Source: a virus
Virus record (IMG/VR): IMGVR_UViG_3300045988_046971
Coordinates: 1-39,555 of that record
Length of the DNA stretch: 39,555 nucleotides
Strand: one strand, 5' to 3'
Shown here in pieces: positions 22,869-32,966 of this stretch. A program made the position numbers and the translations under genes. Each line of letters begins with the position of its first letter. The stretch's first letter is position 1. The notes under the pieces are model-generated. The model saw only the letters and a list, made by a program, of their open reading frames with translations, searched no databases and was not told the origin of the DNA.

Positions 22869-23555
22869 TTAACTCGTCCTGAGCCACGTGTAAGGCCCGA
22901 GGCTAGGTACACGTACCCACGTGCCACTGATGTCGTTAGGATTGAACGAGCCATCTGTCTCGACATATTCGCCGACGCGGTGGGCCATGATCCACGTCGT
23001 GTTCGGATCGTACGTATCGATGATGTGCTGCCACGGTGTCCACGAAGAGTCTGACCCGCCGCGCCGCCACCATATGTCAGAGGCGCTCATGGCGACCTGC
23101 TTCGGGTACCCGCCGGTATTATCGTTCCATTGCACGAAAGTGACGAGTGTCGCGAAGGTTTCACCGCTTGAAATCCCAATGGCGTTCGCAGCCTTGAATT
23201 CGACCACCGTCTCATGCGGGTGATTCTTCATGTACCACGCCGGGGTCCGGTTGTCGTTTCGGGTGTCCTTGATCTCGCCGCCGCTCGGCCCCTGCGGGCC
23301 TGTCGGTCCCTGCGGGCCGGTATCACCCTTGGGCCCCTGGATACCTTGAGGCCCCTGTGTGCCGACTGGGCCAGTCGGGCCTGTCGGCCCCTGCGGGCCT
23401 GTCGGTCCCTGCGGGCCGGTATCACCCTTCTCGCCTTTCGGCCCTTGCGGCCCTGTCGCGCCGGTGGCACCCCGTGCTCCGGTTGCGCCTTGCGGGCCTG
23501 TGGCGCCGGTGTCGCCTTTCGGACCCTTGATGTTGCCTACAAGGTACTTAGCCAT
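22869..23555 (-). CDS. Collagen-like tail fibre protein
   Basis: 228 aa. Uninterrupted Gly-X-Y repeats from about aa 10 to 92 (nt ~23280-23528), followed by a globular Trp-rich C-terminal domain. Confidence 0.75.
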   Translation of the reverse strand: MAKYLVGNIKGPKGDTGATGPQGATGARGATGATGPQGPKGEKGDTGPQGPTGPQGPTGPTGPVGTQGPQGIQGPKGDTGPQGPTGPQGPSGGEIKDTRNDNRTPAWYMKNHPHETVVEFKAANAIGISSGETFATLVTFVQWNDNTGGYPKQVAMSASDIWWRRGGSDSSWTPWQHIIDTYDPNTTWIMAHRVGEYVETDGSFNPNDISGTWVRVPSLGPYTWLRTS

Positions 23556-23557
23556 CG

Positions 23558-25693
23558 TTACTCACCTATCTCGTAGTAAAGCTCACCCGTGGTCTGATTA
23601 TACGAGAGCGGTGGGGCTGCAGCCCCGTCCGCCACATGCGACCATAGGTTGCCGTCAGAATCGACCGTAAGAGAGAAGAACCCCGACAGCGGTGTAGTGA
23701 CGCCGGAGTCGCCGCGCTCACCCTTCTCGCCCTTCGGTCCTTGGATACCCTGCGGGCCTCGCTCGCCCTGCTCGCCCTTCACGCCTTGCGGGCCAACTGG
23801 ACCGGTCGCGCCCTTCGCGCCGGTCGCGCCTGTGGCACCCGTCGCGCCTTGGATGCCTTGAGGGCCTGTGGCCCCCGTGGCTCCCTTGGGGCCTTGCGGT
23901 CCTGTGGCTCCAGCCACGCCCGTCGCACCGATCGGGCCCTGCGCGCCCGTCGGGCCCTGCGCGCCCTTCACACCTGTCGCGCCGCTCATATCGGCGATGA
24001 GTGAATAGCCGTTTGCCGATTTCACATACAGCTCGGCATTGTGCGGGTCCTCGACGTTCGAGCTGATTACCGCGAAGCCACCGACCTTCACGCCGTCCGT
24101 CTTCCATCCCGCCTGCATCGCCTCGTAGCTGGCGTACACCTTCGAAATGGAGAAACCCTCACCGGTATCACCCTTCGGGCCCTGATCACCCTTGACACCC
24201 TGCGGGCCCCGCGGACCAGTCTCGCCTTGGATACCCTGGGGGCCTTGCTTTCCCTGCACACCCTGCGGGCCTTGCTCACCGGTCTCGCCTTTGGGGCCTT
24301 GTGGTCCGGTAGCACCTTTCGGTCCTTGCGGTCCTGTCTCGCCCTGCGGGCCGGTATCACCAGTATCTCCCTTGATTCCCTGCAGGCCTTGGATACCCTG
24401 CGGGCCTCGCTCGCCCTTCGGGCCTTGGATACCAGTCGCGCCACGCGGGATACCGAGTGATAGCGTCTTAATTAGCCCTTCGCCTGACAGTGACGCGGTG
24501 GCCTTAGAGCCTTCGGTAAGCGTGGACACATCGCCCATCGCGATGTCTGCCTGCGCCCACGTCTGCAAGGAGTTCGAGGCATCTGTCACAGCCTTGTCGG
24601 CCTTGGCCTCCACAGCCTTGAGCGATTCCGCATCGACTTCCGCGCTAAATGTGTAGTTCTCGAGCTTCAGGCCCTTTCCGGCGAGGTAAGCGTGGCCTCC
24701 ACCACCTTCGGCAATCGTGCTGGATGAGTTCTTCGTTGTGGTCTCGCTGCCGACCTCGTACTTATATGTCGCCACGCCATGCGAGACCTGCACGATCTTC
24801 TTCACCACGGTCGCGCTGACGATCTTGCCATGCGCATTATCGCGCGCCGAGATGATGTCACCGACATCGACGTCGATGTCGTCATGCGCATCGACGTCGA
24901 CACTGCCCTTGGTCTGGTACCCCTGGAGCTTCTTGCTGCCTTCCTCCTCGAGCTTCGCCTCATTGGCGTTGCTGTAGTCGTAAAGCGCGCATATCTCGTC
25001 GACACCGAAGAGGCTTTGGGTGTGGCTGACGTTGCCCGCCGCGTCCGCATAGAAATGGACAACGGCGCGATTTTCCAGTTCGCCGGTGCCGGCACAGACC
25101 AGGTGGTTGATGCAACGGTGGACTGTTGTCAACGTAAAATCAAGTAGGTCAGAGTCGACCTTGTTCGCATAGTTAACTACTGGCGGCAGCGAGAGCTCGA
25201 CTTTTCCGCCGATGCGGCGCATCGAGACCTTGCGGCCGTTCGCCTCCGCCAGTGCCTTGAGACCACTGTAGCCGTCAGCAAACCGCTCAAATGTATAACT
25301 TATCGTGCTGTCGTCCGATGCGACCGAGAACAGGCCCGAGAGGCCCATGCGCCCGATGAGTGACGCGAGCACCGTGCCCGCTTTTCCACTTACTGAAAGG
25401 TAGCTGCTACCGGAATCAGGGAGCAGGCGCTTACCTGCTAAGATCCCGTGCCATGTACGACCCTTGCACAGAACTGTGCCGGTCATTTCCCTGCCTGCAT
25501 CATAGGTAACCTCGTCGACGACGCCGCCGTACTCGGTCCCGTCGATGAACACGAGTTGGCCCTCGGCAGGGGCTTCGGCGGCACGTGCCTCAAGCTGCAA
25601 CGCGTTCTCGTCGCTTCCGAAGGCGAGGTCAAGCTCGAATTCCTCGATTTCGCGGATGTCGCCTACGGCTGGATCATGCACCACTAAAACCAT
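23558..25693 (-). CDS. Tail-associated protein (Tal; Gp37-like N-terminal domain) with two collagen-like blocks
   Basis: 711 aa, directly after Dit. Gly-X-Y blocks at aa 414-513 (nt 24155-24454) and aa 571-663 (nt 23705-23983), separated by a ~57-aa globular insert. Confidence 0.75.
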   Translation of the reverse strand: MVLVVHDPAVGDIREIEEFELDLAFGSDENALQLEARAAEAPAEGQLVFIDGTEYGGVVDEVTYDAGREMTGTVLCKGRTWHGILAGKRLLPDSGSSYLSVSGKAGTVLASLIGRMGLSGLFSVASDDSTISYTFERFADGYSGLKALAEANGRKVSMRRIGGKVELSLPPVVNYANKVDSDLLDFTLTTVHRCINHLVCAGTGELENRAVVHFYADAAGNVSHTQSLFGVDEICALYDYSNANEAKLEEEGSKKLQGYQTKGSVDVDAHDDIDVDVGDIISARDNAHGKIVSATVVKKIVQVSHGVATYKYEVGSETTTKNSSSTIAEGGGGHAYLAGKGLKLENYTFSAEVDAESLKAVEAKADKAVTDASNSLQTWAQADIAMGDVSTLTEGSKATASLSGEGLIKTLSLGIPRGATGIQGPKGERGPQGIQGLQGIKGDTGDTGPQGETGPQGPKGATGPQGPKGETGEQGPQGVQGKQGPQGIQGETGPRGPQGVKGDQGPKGDTGEGFSISKVYASYEAMQAGWKTDGVKVGGFAVISSNVEDPHNAELYVKSANGYSLIADMSGATGVKGAQGPTGAQGPIGATGVAGATGPQGPKGATGATGPQGIQGATGATGATGAKGATGPVGPQGVKGEQGERGPQGIQGPKGEKGERGDSGVTTPLSGFFSLTVDSDGNLWSHVADGAAAPPLSYNQTTGELYYEIGE

Positions 25694-26499
25694 GCAGGCT
25701 CACCTTCCTCCTCGTACAGGGTGAGGTCGAAGCCGAAACTGTTGTCCCACGAGATTTCAGACGTGCCGGCCGGCACGCGCTCGAAGATGTACTCGCCAGA
25801 CCCAGCACCGCTGCCTCGGTGCGCCTTGCTGAAAGCGTCCATCGTGGAGCCGTCAGCGGCGACCACGATGACTGTTCGGTGCAGCGGGTCTATGTCCATG
25901 TAACCGCCCTCCGGCACTGTCACATCGACCTGGTACAGGTTACCAGCCAGGCGCACAGAAGGGTTGACCGCAGGCCCATACACGATGAGCTTTGCGGGGC
26001 TATCGGTATATCCGGGATTAATTGCGTATTGCTGTGGCGGCGTCGCGCCGAGATCGTACGGAAGGTCGTGCGGCAGGTCGAGGAATTCGTAATCTGCCGA
26101 ATCCCGCACGGGCACGAATGCCGTCGTCGTCCCTTTATGCCACACACCGTCGAGCAAAACTATAGTCAGCTTCGCAGCGAAGAAATCGCTACCGATGCCG
26201 TCGACCTCGGAAGCCACGACGAAACACTGCTGGAACCAACCATCGACACTGATCGTGCCGGGTGTGCCCTTCTGCATGTCGGAATCGGCGCAGTGGCGGA
26301 ACGTGTCCGCCTGCGCCATATCTGCGAAAAACGCCTTGAATGAGACCTTGCGGGCACCGCGCGAGGCCGTAGCCAAAGCGCGATACCCGATCTTGTAGTC
26401 CCATTCGCGGCTGAATAGGTCGTTTGGTTTGCCGACGTAAATGCCGGAATTGAGCTGAATGACGGCACCGGTGCTAGACTCATATACGATATCAAGCAT
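25684..26499 (-). CDS. Distal tail protein (Dit)
   Basis: 271 aa from ATG 26499 (8-nt overlap with the TMP stop). Canonical position between the tape measure and Tal. Confidence 0.65.
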   Translation of the reverse strand: MLDIVYESSTGAVIQLNSGIYVGKPNDLFSREWDYKIGYRALATASRGARKVSFKAFFADMAQADTFRHCADSDMQKGTPGTISVDGWFQQCFVVASEVDGIGSDFFAAKLTIVLLDGVWHKGTTTAFVPVRDSADYEFLDLPHDLPYDLGATPPQQYAINPGYTDSPAKLIVYGPAVNPSVRLAGNLYQVDVTVPEGGYMDIDPLHRTVIVVAADGSTMDAFSKAHRGSGAGSGEYIFERVPAGTSEISWDNSFGFDLTLYEEEGEPAWF

Positions 26500-28573
26500 A
26501 CGCGACCGCCTTTCTTGCCTTGCGCCCGAATTCCGATTCGCCCATGACAGGCGTAAACTCTGCAATGATGGCCGGCAGGTTCTCTGCCAGCCAGCTGATA
26601 ACAGCCGATTCGCCGCCAGTCACATTGCCGACGCCGGGCACAGCAATATCTTGTGCCGTTGAAATCATACCGCGCATCGCGTTGTCTGTAGACTGCAACA
26701 GCAAGTTAGCATCATCGTCGACACCGAGTGCCGCACCTTGCATCGTATACTGGCCGATCTTGCGGAACACACGCGATGGTGATTTGATGCCGAGTAAGTT
26801 CTTGGCAGCGCTGATAGCGTCGTCGACAGCGCCTTTGACAGAATCGATCAATTTATCGGCAGCACCGGTAACGCCGTTCACCATACCCTGGATGATCTGC
26901 GAGCCGATCGACGTCACCTGGCCAGGAATAGACGCGAGGCCGTTGATGAGGTTATTCGCGAACTGCGTGGCTGCGTTCGCCGCCTGCTGGCCCATCTGCG
27001 ACACCCACGTCAGTACATTCTGTATGACGCTGTTGAGGAAACCGAGGATGTTACCCGGCAGCTGCGAGAAGAAATTGCCCACGTTCGATACAAACTGCGA
27101 ACCGGCGTTTACAGCATTCGTCACCATGTTGGAGACCCATGAGGCGACGTTCGCGATGACTGTCGACAAGAACGTCGCGATGTTACCTGGCAACTGTGCG
27201 AACCATTGCACCAATGCATTGATCGCGTTCGGCAAGTCGGTCGTGAAGAACTGCACGACACCAGTCACGAAACCACTGATGTCCTCATATAGCTGCTGGA
27301 AACCGGTGATGACGAACGCGATGACCTCGACGATTGCCGAGAACACCTTGATAGCCGTACTGATCGCCGCCGCCAATGCAGTACCGATGAGGTCCGCGAT
27401 GAACGTAAGCAGTGGCTGCGCATACTCGATCGCCCCGAAGAAATCTTCGAAAGCCGGTGACAGCGTGTCGATCGCCGGGAGCACATACTCATTGACCGCA
27501 TCGCTGAAAGTCGTGACGCCCGAGCTGATCGCGCTGAAAACGCTGTCGGCTGCACCTGCTGCTGGTTTCAAATTGTCGTTGAATACGCCTGCGAGTTTAC
27601 CGATGACTTTGTCGACGCCTGCGAATGCGTCACGCATCGGCCCTTGCACGGCTTCAGGCAGGACGCTGATGAGCGCGTTGCGGAGGTAGAGACCGACACC
27701 AGGTGCGTAATCTGCGACCGTCTGACCGAGGGTCGTCATGATCTGGCCGACTCTCGGGATGATGTTCTTGCCTGCGGTGGCGACAGAACCGACGAGCTGA
27801 TCGGTCAAGCCTTCCATGTCAGCATCTTCATTGCCGAGGCCGGCGAGCCAGTTGTCCCATGCGGCCTTCGCCATATTGACGGAACCTTCGATGGTAGTCG
27901 CGGCCTCTTCCGCCGTCGTGCCGGTGATGCCCATCTCGTCTTGCACGATATGGATTGCCTCGACGATGTCGGAATATGAGTCGACCGAGAAATCGCGCAC
28001 TTTGCCTTGTGCCGCAGAGAACTTCTCGGCGTCTGAAAGCAGGCGCTCCAACTCTGATTTAGTACCGCCATAACCAAGTTTCAGGCTGTCGAGCATTTCG
28101 TAGTTACCGCGCGACAGCGACATATACGCTTCCTGGACGGTCTCAAGCGACGTGCCCATCTTGTTGGCATTATCGCTCATGTCCGTGATGGCGGTGTTGG
28201 CCATATCGGCCGCGGCCTCGGTATTGCCGCCGAGTGAACTGATGAGCGCAGCCGCGAAGCTCGTCGAGATCTCCATATAGCGGTTGGCTGAGACACCGGC
28301 CGTCTGGTAGGCGTTAGCCGCGTACTGCTGCATCTTAGCAGACGATGACTTGAACAGGGTATCGATACCGCCGACTAACTGCTCATAGTTCGAATACGCG
28401 TCGAGTGCAGTCTTACCGATAGCGATTGTAGCGGTACCGACTGCCGCCGCGGCCGCAACGCCGGCTTTAGCGGCGGCACCCAGTTTGTTCTTAATGCCGT
28501 CGCTGATCTTGTCGACCTCGCCGGATGCCTGGTCGTCGCATGTGATCTTGACGGCGAGGTCGAGTAGATTCAT
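26492..28573 (-). CDS. Tape measure protein
   Basis: 693 aa, Ala/Gly/helix-rich. Internal ~40-aa repeats (F.QLPGNI..FL..VI.NV..WVS.M...A.NA..QF). Follows the G/GT chaperone genes. The ATG overlaps the GT stop (ATGA). Confidence 0.9.
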   Translation of the reverse strand: MNLLDLAVKITCDDQASGEVDKISDGIKNKLGAAAKAGVAAAAAVGTATIAIGKTALDAYSNYEQLVGGIDTLFKSSSAKMQQYAANAYQTAGVSANRYMEISTSFAAALISSLGGNTEAAADMANTAITDMSDNANKMGTSLETVQEAYMSLSRGNYEMLDSLKLGYGGTKSELERLLSDAEKFSAAQGKVRDFSVDSYSDIVEAIHIVQDEMGITGTTAEEAATTIEGSVNMAKAAWDNWLAGLGNEDADMEGLTDQLVGSVATAGKNIIPRVGQIMTTLGQTVADYAPGVGLYLRNALISVLPEAVQGPMRDAFAGVDKVIGKLAGVFNDNLKPAAGAADSVFSAISSGVTTFSDAVNEYVLPAIDTLSPAFEDFFGAIEYAQPLLTFIADLIGTALAAAISTAIKVFSAIVEVIAFVITGFQQLYEDISGFVTGVVQFFTTDLPNAINALVQWFAQLPGNIATFLSTVIANVASWVSNMVTNAVNAGSQFVSNVGNFFSQLPGNILGFLNSVIQNVLTWVSQMGQQAANAATQFANNLINGLASIPGQVTSIGSQIIQGMVNGVTGAADKLIDSVKGAVDDAISAAKNLLGIKSPSRVFRKIGQYTMQGAALGVDDDANLLLQSTDNAMRGMISTAQDIAVPGVGNVTGGESAVISWLAENLPAIIAEFTPVMGESEFGRKARKAVAYA

Positions 28574-29189
28574 ACGACCACCAATCCCGCCCTTTGCGTG
28601 ACGTCCGCCACGACTGCAGCGGCGTCGATGTCTTCATATACCTTGGGCCGGACTTGGTCGTACCAACGGCGACCGATAAACTTCTGCTGGCCCATAAGGT
28701 ATAGGGAGTCGGTGACGTATACCTTGAACGCCATCTCATCCCGTTCTTTCCTATAGCGGGCCAGCGTGAACTTGACGAATGCGTTGGCCCTTAGAGGACC
28801 TCGAAACTCCCCGAGGCAGAGCCAGGCGCATCTGCGCCCTTCTTTGTCTCCTGCGATGATAAAAAATCGAGGAACGCATTGTCAGTCACGAGCTCCATGA
28901 CATCGGTGAACAGCTTGGGGAAATCGAGCGATGCCGCATACTGCTCAGGGGTCACGCCTTCGATCGCCGCCATGACGGCAATGATATCGGCCTTGTGGTT
29001 CTTGAGCAGAACAGGCAGGCCCTTGCACATGCGCTTCGCGAAGAAATCACGCGCCTCCATGCCGTCGGGCACGGCTTCGCGCTTGAACATCGCGGCGACG
29101 TCTTTGTCCTGCGCCATGTTCGCGATAGGGTCGATGATGTCGGCGATGACGTCGAGAACGCGGTCACCCTTGATGTTACTGAGTTTCAT
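28570..29189 (-). CDS. Tail assembly chaperone frameshift product (gpGT-like, -1 PRF)
   Basis: The -1 frame is open from the slippery site through ...RANAFVKFTLARYRKERDEMAFKVYVTDSLYLMGQQKFIGRRWYDQVRPKVYEDIDAAAVVADVTQRAGLVVV* to the TGA at 28570-28572, which overlaps the TMP ATG. Confidence 0.7.
28791..29189 (-). CDS. Tail assembly chaperone (gpG-like)
   Basis: 132 aa from ATG 29189 (AGGAGG RBS), located between the major tail protein and the tape measure. Confidence 0.75.
   Translation of the reverse strand: MKLSNIKGDRVLDVIADIIDPIANMAQDKDVAAMFKREAVPDGMEARDFFAKRMCKGLPVLLKNHKADIIAVMAAIEGVTPEQYAASLDFPKLFTDVMELVTDNAFLDFLSSQETKKGADAPGSASGSFEVL
28860..28866 (-). other. Slippery heptamer T_TTT_TTA for -1 programmed ribosomal frameshifting
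   Basis: The minus strand reads ga T TTT TTA tca in the gpG frame (…LDFLSS…), which fits X_XXY_YYZ exactly. Confidence 0.7.
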
Positions 29190-29212
29190 TTGTTTCCTCC
29201 TTCTGGCCACGC

Positions 29213-29815
29213 CTAGGCGTCGGCCGAACCTGCCTTGATGTAGATCTCAAACGGTACGGTGTCGATGTTCTCGAGGCTGTAATGGCCCGTGTACTCGAAC
29301 TCAAACGTACCCTTTGCCTTGTCGCCGGACTGGATCTTGAAACCGCCAGTCGACAGCGCATTGATGAGCTTAATCGCGATGAAACCGGCCTTGCCGGCAG
29401 ACGTGCCGTCTTCGTTGACGTCGGAGTAATCGCCGACCCACCAAAGATCTTTGAAATCATTAGCATCGACCGAGTTGCGGGGCACGACTTTGGTCGCGTT
29501 GTCACTGTCAATAGTGGCAGCACCGACGACAGACTTCGCAATATTCGTATCCATGGTGACGAACGAGCCGGACATCTTGGCGTCCCAGTATTCGAGTCGT
29601 TTGAGCTCTTTCGTGTTCTTAGGGCAGTTGTCGATATCATCGCCGAAGTCAGTGAACGATGGCGCAGCCTCGAACGACACACCTCCGCTTGTCGCACCAA
29701 TGATGTTGGTGGCAGCGAACTCTGCTGTTGCCGGGTCGAACTCGGTAGTAAGGATACCTGCACCGAGCTGTAACTTCTTGAAAGTATCCGTGGGGATCTG
29801 TGTGAACTTAGCCAT
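29213..29815 (-). CDS. Major tail protein
   Basis: 200 aa. Position between the neck proteins and the chaperones. Beta-rich sequence typical of siphovirus tail tube proteins. Confidence 0.8.
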   Translation of the reverse strand: MAKFTQIPTDTFKKLQLGAGILTTEFDPATAEFAATNIIGATSGGVSFEAAPSFTDFGDDIDNCPKNTKELKRLEYWDAKMSGSFVTMDTNIAKSVVGAATIDSDNATKVVPRNSVDANDFKDLWWVGDYSDVNEDGTSAGKAGFIAIKLINALSTGGFKIQSGDKAKGTFEFEYTGHYSLENIDTVPFEIYIKAGSADA

Positions 29816-29828
29816 TTAACTTGTCCTC

Positions 29829-30197
29829 TCAAAACGAGGTGATAAACTCTGCCGTCAAATTGATATGGCGGCGCTTGATCTTATCGTCGGCAGTATCGCC
29901 CATGCTCTGGCAGAACGGCGAGCCCTTTTTCAGTATGACACCGCCGCCGTCACATGGGATACACTTGCAGCCGATAAGTGCCTTTGAGACTTCACGCGCT
30001 TTCGCGTTCGGCTCCGCCTCGGAGTCGCCACGATACCAGATGTCCATCGACAACGCGACTTCGCCACCCCAGAAATCATCGGTTGCGAGCTCGTACGTGA
30101 TATATGGGAACTCCGCCTCATCGGGTACGGAAGTCGCCGCATACGCCGGGATACCGAAACCGGCCATGAAACCGTAGACCGCAGCTGCAGGCGTCAT
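29829..30197 (-). CDS. Tail terminator / tail completion protein (gp17-like, DUF3168-like)
   Basis: 122 aa from ATG 30197 (ATGA overlap). Position immediately upstream of the major tail protein. Confidence 0.55.
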   Translation of the reverse strand: MTPAAAVYGFMAGFGIPAYAATSVPDEAEFPYITYELATDDFWGGEVALSMDIWYRGDSEAEPNAKAREVSKALIGCKCIPCDGGGVILKKGSPFCQSMGDTADDKIKRRHINLTAEFITSF

Positions 30198-30541
30198 GAC
30201 AGGCTCCATTCCTCGGCGCTCACCTGTTCGAACTCGAACGACGCGACAGGCGGCGTGCGCTTGTCGTCGCCATTCGACGTGACGCGGAACACCTGCCCGT
30301 CCGACTTGCGTTTGAAAACGTCGTGGAACTCAAGCGAGGCATTCGCCGACGTGGTGACGGTGTATGTGTTAGTGAGGCCGTCTTTCTCGGCGATTCGCGC
30401 CTCGAGGCTCGTGTCCTTCACGATAGCAGCCTCGAATTCGGCGCCTTCCTGCCAGGCAGTCGTGAAACCGCCTTCGCCGTCAGACACCTTAGCCTTGTTC
30501 ATCACGACGCAAGGCTCTTTGAAAGCATCGATCAAACTCAT
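30194..30541 (-). CDS. Head closure / head-tail adaptor protein (gp16-like)
   Basis: 115 aa from ATG 30541 (ATGA overlap). Size and order are typical. Confidence 0.55.
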   Translation of the reverse strand: MSLIDAFKEPCVVMNKAKVSDGEGGFTTAWQEGAEFEAAIVKDTSLEARIAEKDGLTNTYTVTTSANASLEFHDVFKRKSDGQVFRVTSNGDDKRTPPVASFEFEQVSAEEWSLS

Positions 30542-30948
30542 GGCAACTTCCTCCAACGATTGAGGCGTCGGCGAAATACGTCTTGCCATCGCATGGGCAT
30601 ACCGTCGGAAGCAGTGCCCTTCGTGTAAGAATACCCGCCGAACGACTCAGAAGTATATACGGAGTCGGGGTTGGCCTTACGCCACGCCTCGATTTCAATC
30701 GCGATGTCGGTAACTGCCTTCGGCACGGCCAACGCCCACACCTCGCCATCGAATACTTCATCGGTGAGGTCTGATGTCGGGTACTTGTGCAGGCCGTCGT
30801 TGAAAACACTGCCGACGATGCGGTAATACTGGCCAGGCTTGACGAAACCATGCGGGAGGGTGAGCTCGCCGTCCATGACGGTGAGCTCACCTGCGAGGTA
30901 ATCGCATTCGAACCAATTGTGGATCTCGGCGAGCAACTCCTCCAGCAT
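30538..30948 (-). CDS. Head-tail connector protein (gp6/gp15-like)
   Basis: 136 aa; AAGGAG RBS. First gene after the major capsid protein. SESFGGYSY motif. Confidence 0.55.
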   Translation of the reverse strand: MLEELLAEIHNWFECDYLAGELTVMDGELTLPHGFVKPGQYYRIVGSVFNDGLHKYPTSDLTDEVFDGEVWALAVPKAVTDIAIEIEAWRKANPDSVYTSESFGGYSYTKGTASDGMPMRWQDVFRRRLNRWRKLP

Positions 30949-30957
30949 GTCGACTCC

Positions 30958-31956
30958 TTAGGCAGTCTTCGGCGCGGTAATGATGCCCTTCATGTGGCCG
31001 GCCTTCAGCGTGTTCTTGAGGGCGACGCCCGCGACGAGCTCTACCTCGCCCTTCTTGACGGCACCCGGGAGGGTGAGGTCAGGCATGTAGGACGTGATGA
31101 CCTTAGTGCCGGTCGGGGAGATGCCATGGAAGGCGTCGAGGCCGAACTTGACCGCGTAGATATCGGAAGTGCCGAAGGTACCAGAACCGGCAGCAGTATC
31201 GGCGACGATGTCGACGGTCTTGGTGCCGTCGTAGAACTCGCCGGCATCCATGAGCTCGATACCGTTATACGTCTCGACGACGTGGCCGAAATCGTCCTTC
31301 GTGGACTCGTAATAACCGGCGCGGCGAGCGATACCACGGAGCTTGGAGAGCATCTTGCGGTTCATGAGCAGCATATCGGGCATGCCGTCGATACCGGAGA
31401 TGAACTCATCGAGCTCATCGAGGAACTGGTTGTAGTTGGCGTCCACATTCGCGCTGGTAGACAGGTCCGCGGTGGCGGTGTACTCGGTGGAAGAACCGGA
31501 AAGCAACTTGTTGAGGCCGTCGAAAGTACCAGTGGTCTTGCCTGCGCTTGCGGTACCAGCCGTGGTGCCATTAATAACACAATGAGTGAAGAAATTAGCA
31601 GTAGCCTTGATCTTCTCATCGGCCTGGAACACGAGCTCGTCGATGGCGCCGGAAGTGTCCTGGATGACACGGTCGACCTCGAAGGCGCCACCCATGATGA
31701 TAGCCTGCGTGGTCTTCTTCTCACGCTTGGCCTCGTTGGCGGTGTACTCGGAGTTGATCGCACGGACGGCGGCAGTGGAAGGCGTCTTCAGCTGCGTATA
31801 GCCATAGACGAGCGTGGAGCCGCCGGTACCGGGGGAGATGGCGTTGTCGAAAGTGAGGCGGTCGAGGAGCAGGGAGGATCGACGGAACATGTCGACGATC
31901 TGCTGGTCGACCTTGTCGGCCATGCCGACCTTGGCCTCTGCGAGGGTGATAGGCAT
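30958..31956 (-). CDS. Major capsid protein
   Basis: 332 aa; AAGGAGG RBS. Follows the scaffold gene. Composition and length typical of HK97-fold capsid proteins. Confidence 0.85.
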   Translation of the reverse strand: MPITLAEAKVGMADKVDQQIVDMFRRSSLLLDRLTFDNAISPGTGGSTLVYGYTQLKTPSTAAVRAINSEYTANEAKREKKTTQAIIMGGAFEVDRVIQDTSGAIDELVFQADEKIKATANFFTHCVINGTTAGTASAGKTTGTFDGLNKLLSGSSTEYTATADLSTSANVDANYNQFLDELDEFISGIDGMPDMLLMNRKMLSKLRGIARRAGYYESTKDDFGHVVETYNGIELMDAGEFYDGTKTVDIVADTAAGSGTFGTSDIYAVKFGLDAFHGISPTGTKVITSYMPDLTLPGAVKKGEVELVAGVALKNTLKAGHMKGIITAPKTA

Positions 31957-31967
31957 AATTGCCTCCT

Positions 31968-32531
31968 TTAATCAGTGTTCTGCTTGGTGTACTTCTGTCG
32001 CAGGGCTTCACCCAGCGACTTCGGTTCGGCCGCACCGTCGCCTGCGCCAGCAGGGGGCGTATCGACGCCAGCGGGCTTCTTATTCGTGGTCGAAATGAAA
32101 TCGGACCACTCGCCTTTGACCTTCTCCGTGACCTTGTCGGCGTCCTTGATGGCGCCGTCTTCGACCACGATTTCTGATAGGTCGGCGACACGCATCACGG
32201 CATCCATACGCTTGGGGTCGACGCCTGCATCGGCGAGCAGCTTGCGGTACAGCGATTTCTTCTCACGGTCGGCAGCTGCCTTCGCGGTGTCTGCCTTGAA
32301 CGCCTCGAAATCGGCGTGCTCCTTCTCGAACTTCTCTTTGAAACCGTCTGCAGGCTTGGCTTTGAGCTCTTCGAGTTCTGCCTCGGCCTTCTTCAGTCGG
32401 TCCGCGGCATCCTTGAGCCCATCGCGCTCGTCCTTCAGCGCGTTGACGGTCTCAGTGTGTGCGTCGATGATCTGGTCGATCTTCTCGTCTTCGATCCCCA
32501 TGGATCGGAGGAGTTTGCGGGTAAGTGCCAT
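31968..32531 (-). CDS. Scaffolding protein
   Basis: 187 aa from ATG 32531. Highly charged coiled-coil (KDERDGLKDAADRLKKAEAELEELKAK...). Immediately upstream of the capsid gene. Confidence 0.75.
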   Translation of the reverse strand: MALTRKLLRSMGIEDEKIDQIIDAHTETVNALKDERDGLKDAADRLKKAEAELEELKAKPADGFKEKFEKEHADFEAFKADTAKAAADREKKSLYRKLLADAGVDPKRMDAVMRVADLSEIVVEDGAIKDADKVTEKVKGEWSDFISTTNKKPAGVDTPPAGAGDGAAEPKSLGEALRQKYTKQNTD

Positions 32532-32626
32532 GGTGTTCGCTCCATTCCTTCGGACTCTGGGGTACGTGCTTCGACCCCATACTGCGTAGCGCATTGCTTC
32601 GCGCATTTAACATAAATAATACCAGG

Positions 32627-32965
32627 TTAACTGCTGCCACCGAGTGCCTTTTTCAGCACTTGTCGGTATTGTGCGCCGTGCTCGGAAGCCGCAGGCCTCA
32701 GGAACGGCTGCGCCTTCTGGCGCGAAGTACCGAGCTCGACGTATGGCGCGTATTCGACATTGGTACCGATGTACACGGCGTTGTCGGCAGTATCGACCTC
32801 ATGTGTGATCGAGCCGCGTAGGTTGCCGGTGTCGACCGGACATTTCTTGGCCGCATAGTTCTCAGCCAAAAGCCCGATCTTCTCGAGCGCGACACCGATA
32901 GCCGAATCGATGCCGTCGACTGCCTGCTCTGTGTTGTCTTGCTTTACCGTGACGTCGCCGGCCAT
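32627..32965 (-). CDS. HK97 gp10-family protein (neck/tail-completion type)
   Basis: 112 aa from ATG 32965. KKCPVDTGNLRGSITHEV...YIGTNVEYAPYVELGTSRQKAQPFLRPA matches the recalled gp10-family signature (P.dTG.Lr.Si...YA.yvE.GT...qPfl.pA). Confidence 0.65.
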   Translation of the reverse strand: MAGDVTVKQDNTEQAVDGIDSAIGVALEKIGLLAENYAAKKCPVDTGNLRGSITHEVDTADNAVYIGTNVEYAPYVELGTSRQKAQPFLRPAASEHGAQYRQVLKKALGGSS

Positions 32966-32966
32966 G

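Noticed and set aside
28491-28739. An 82-aa minus-strand ORF between the chaperone and the tape measure.
   Set aside because: Its product is Arg/Trp/Ser-rich and unnatural. The -1 frame relative to gpG encodes a plausible gpT-like sequence and links to a perfect slippery heptamer.
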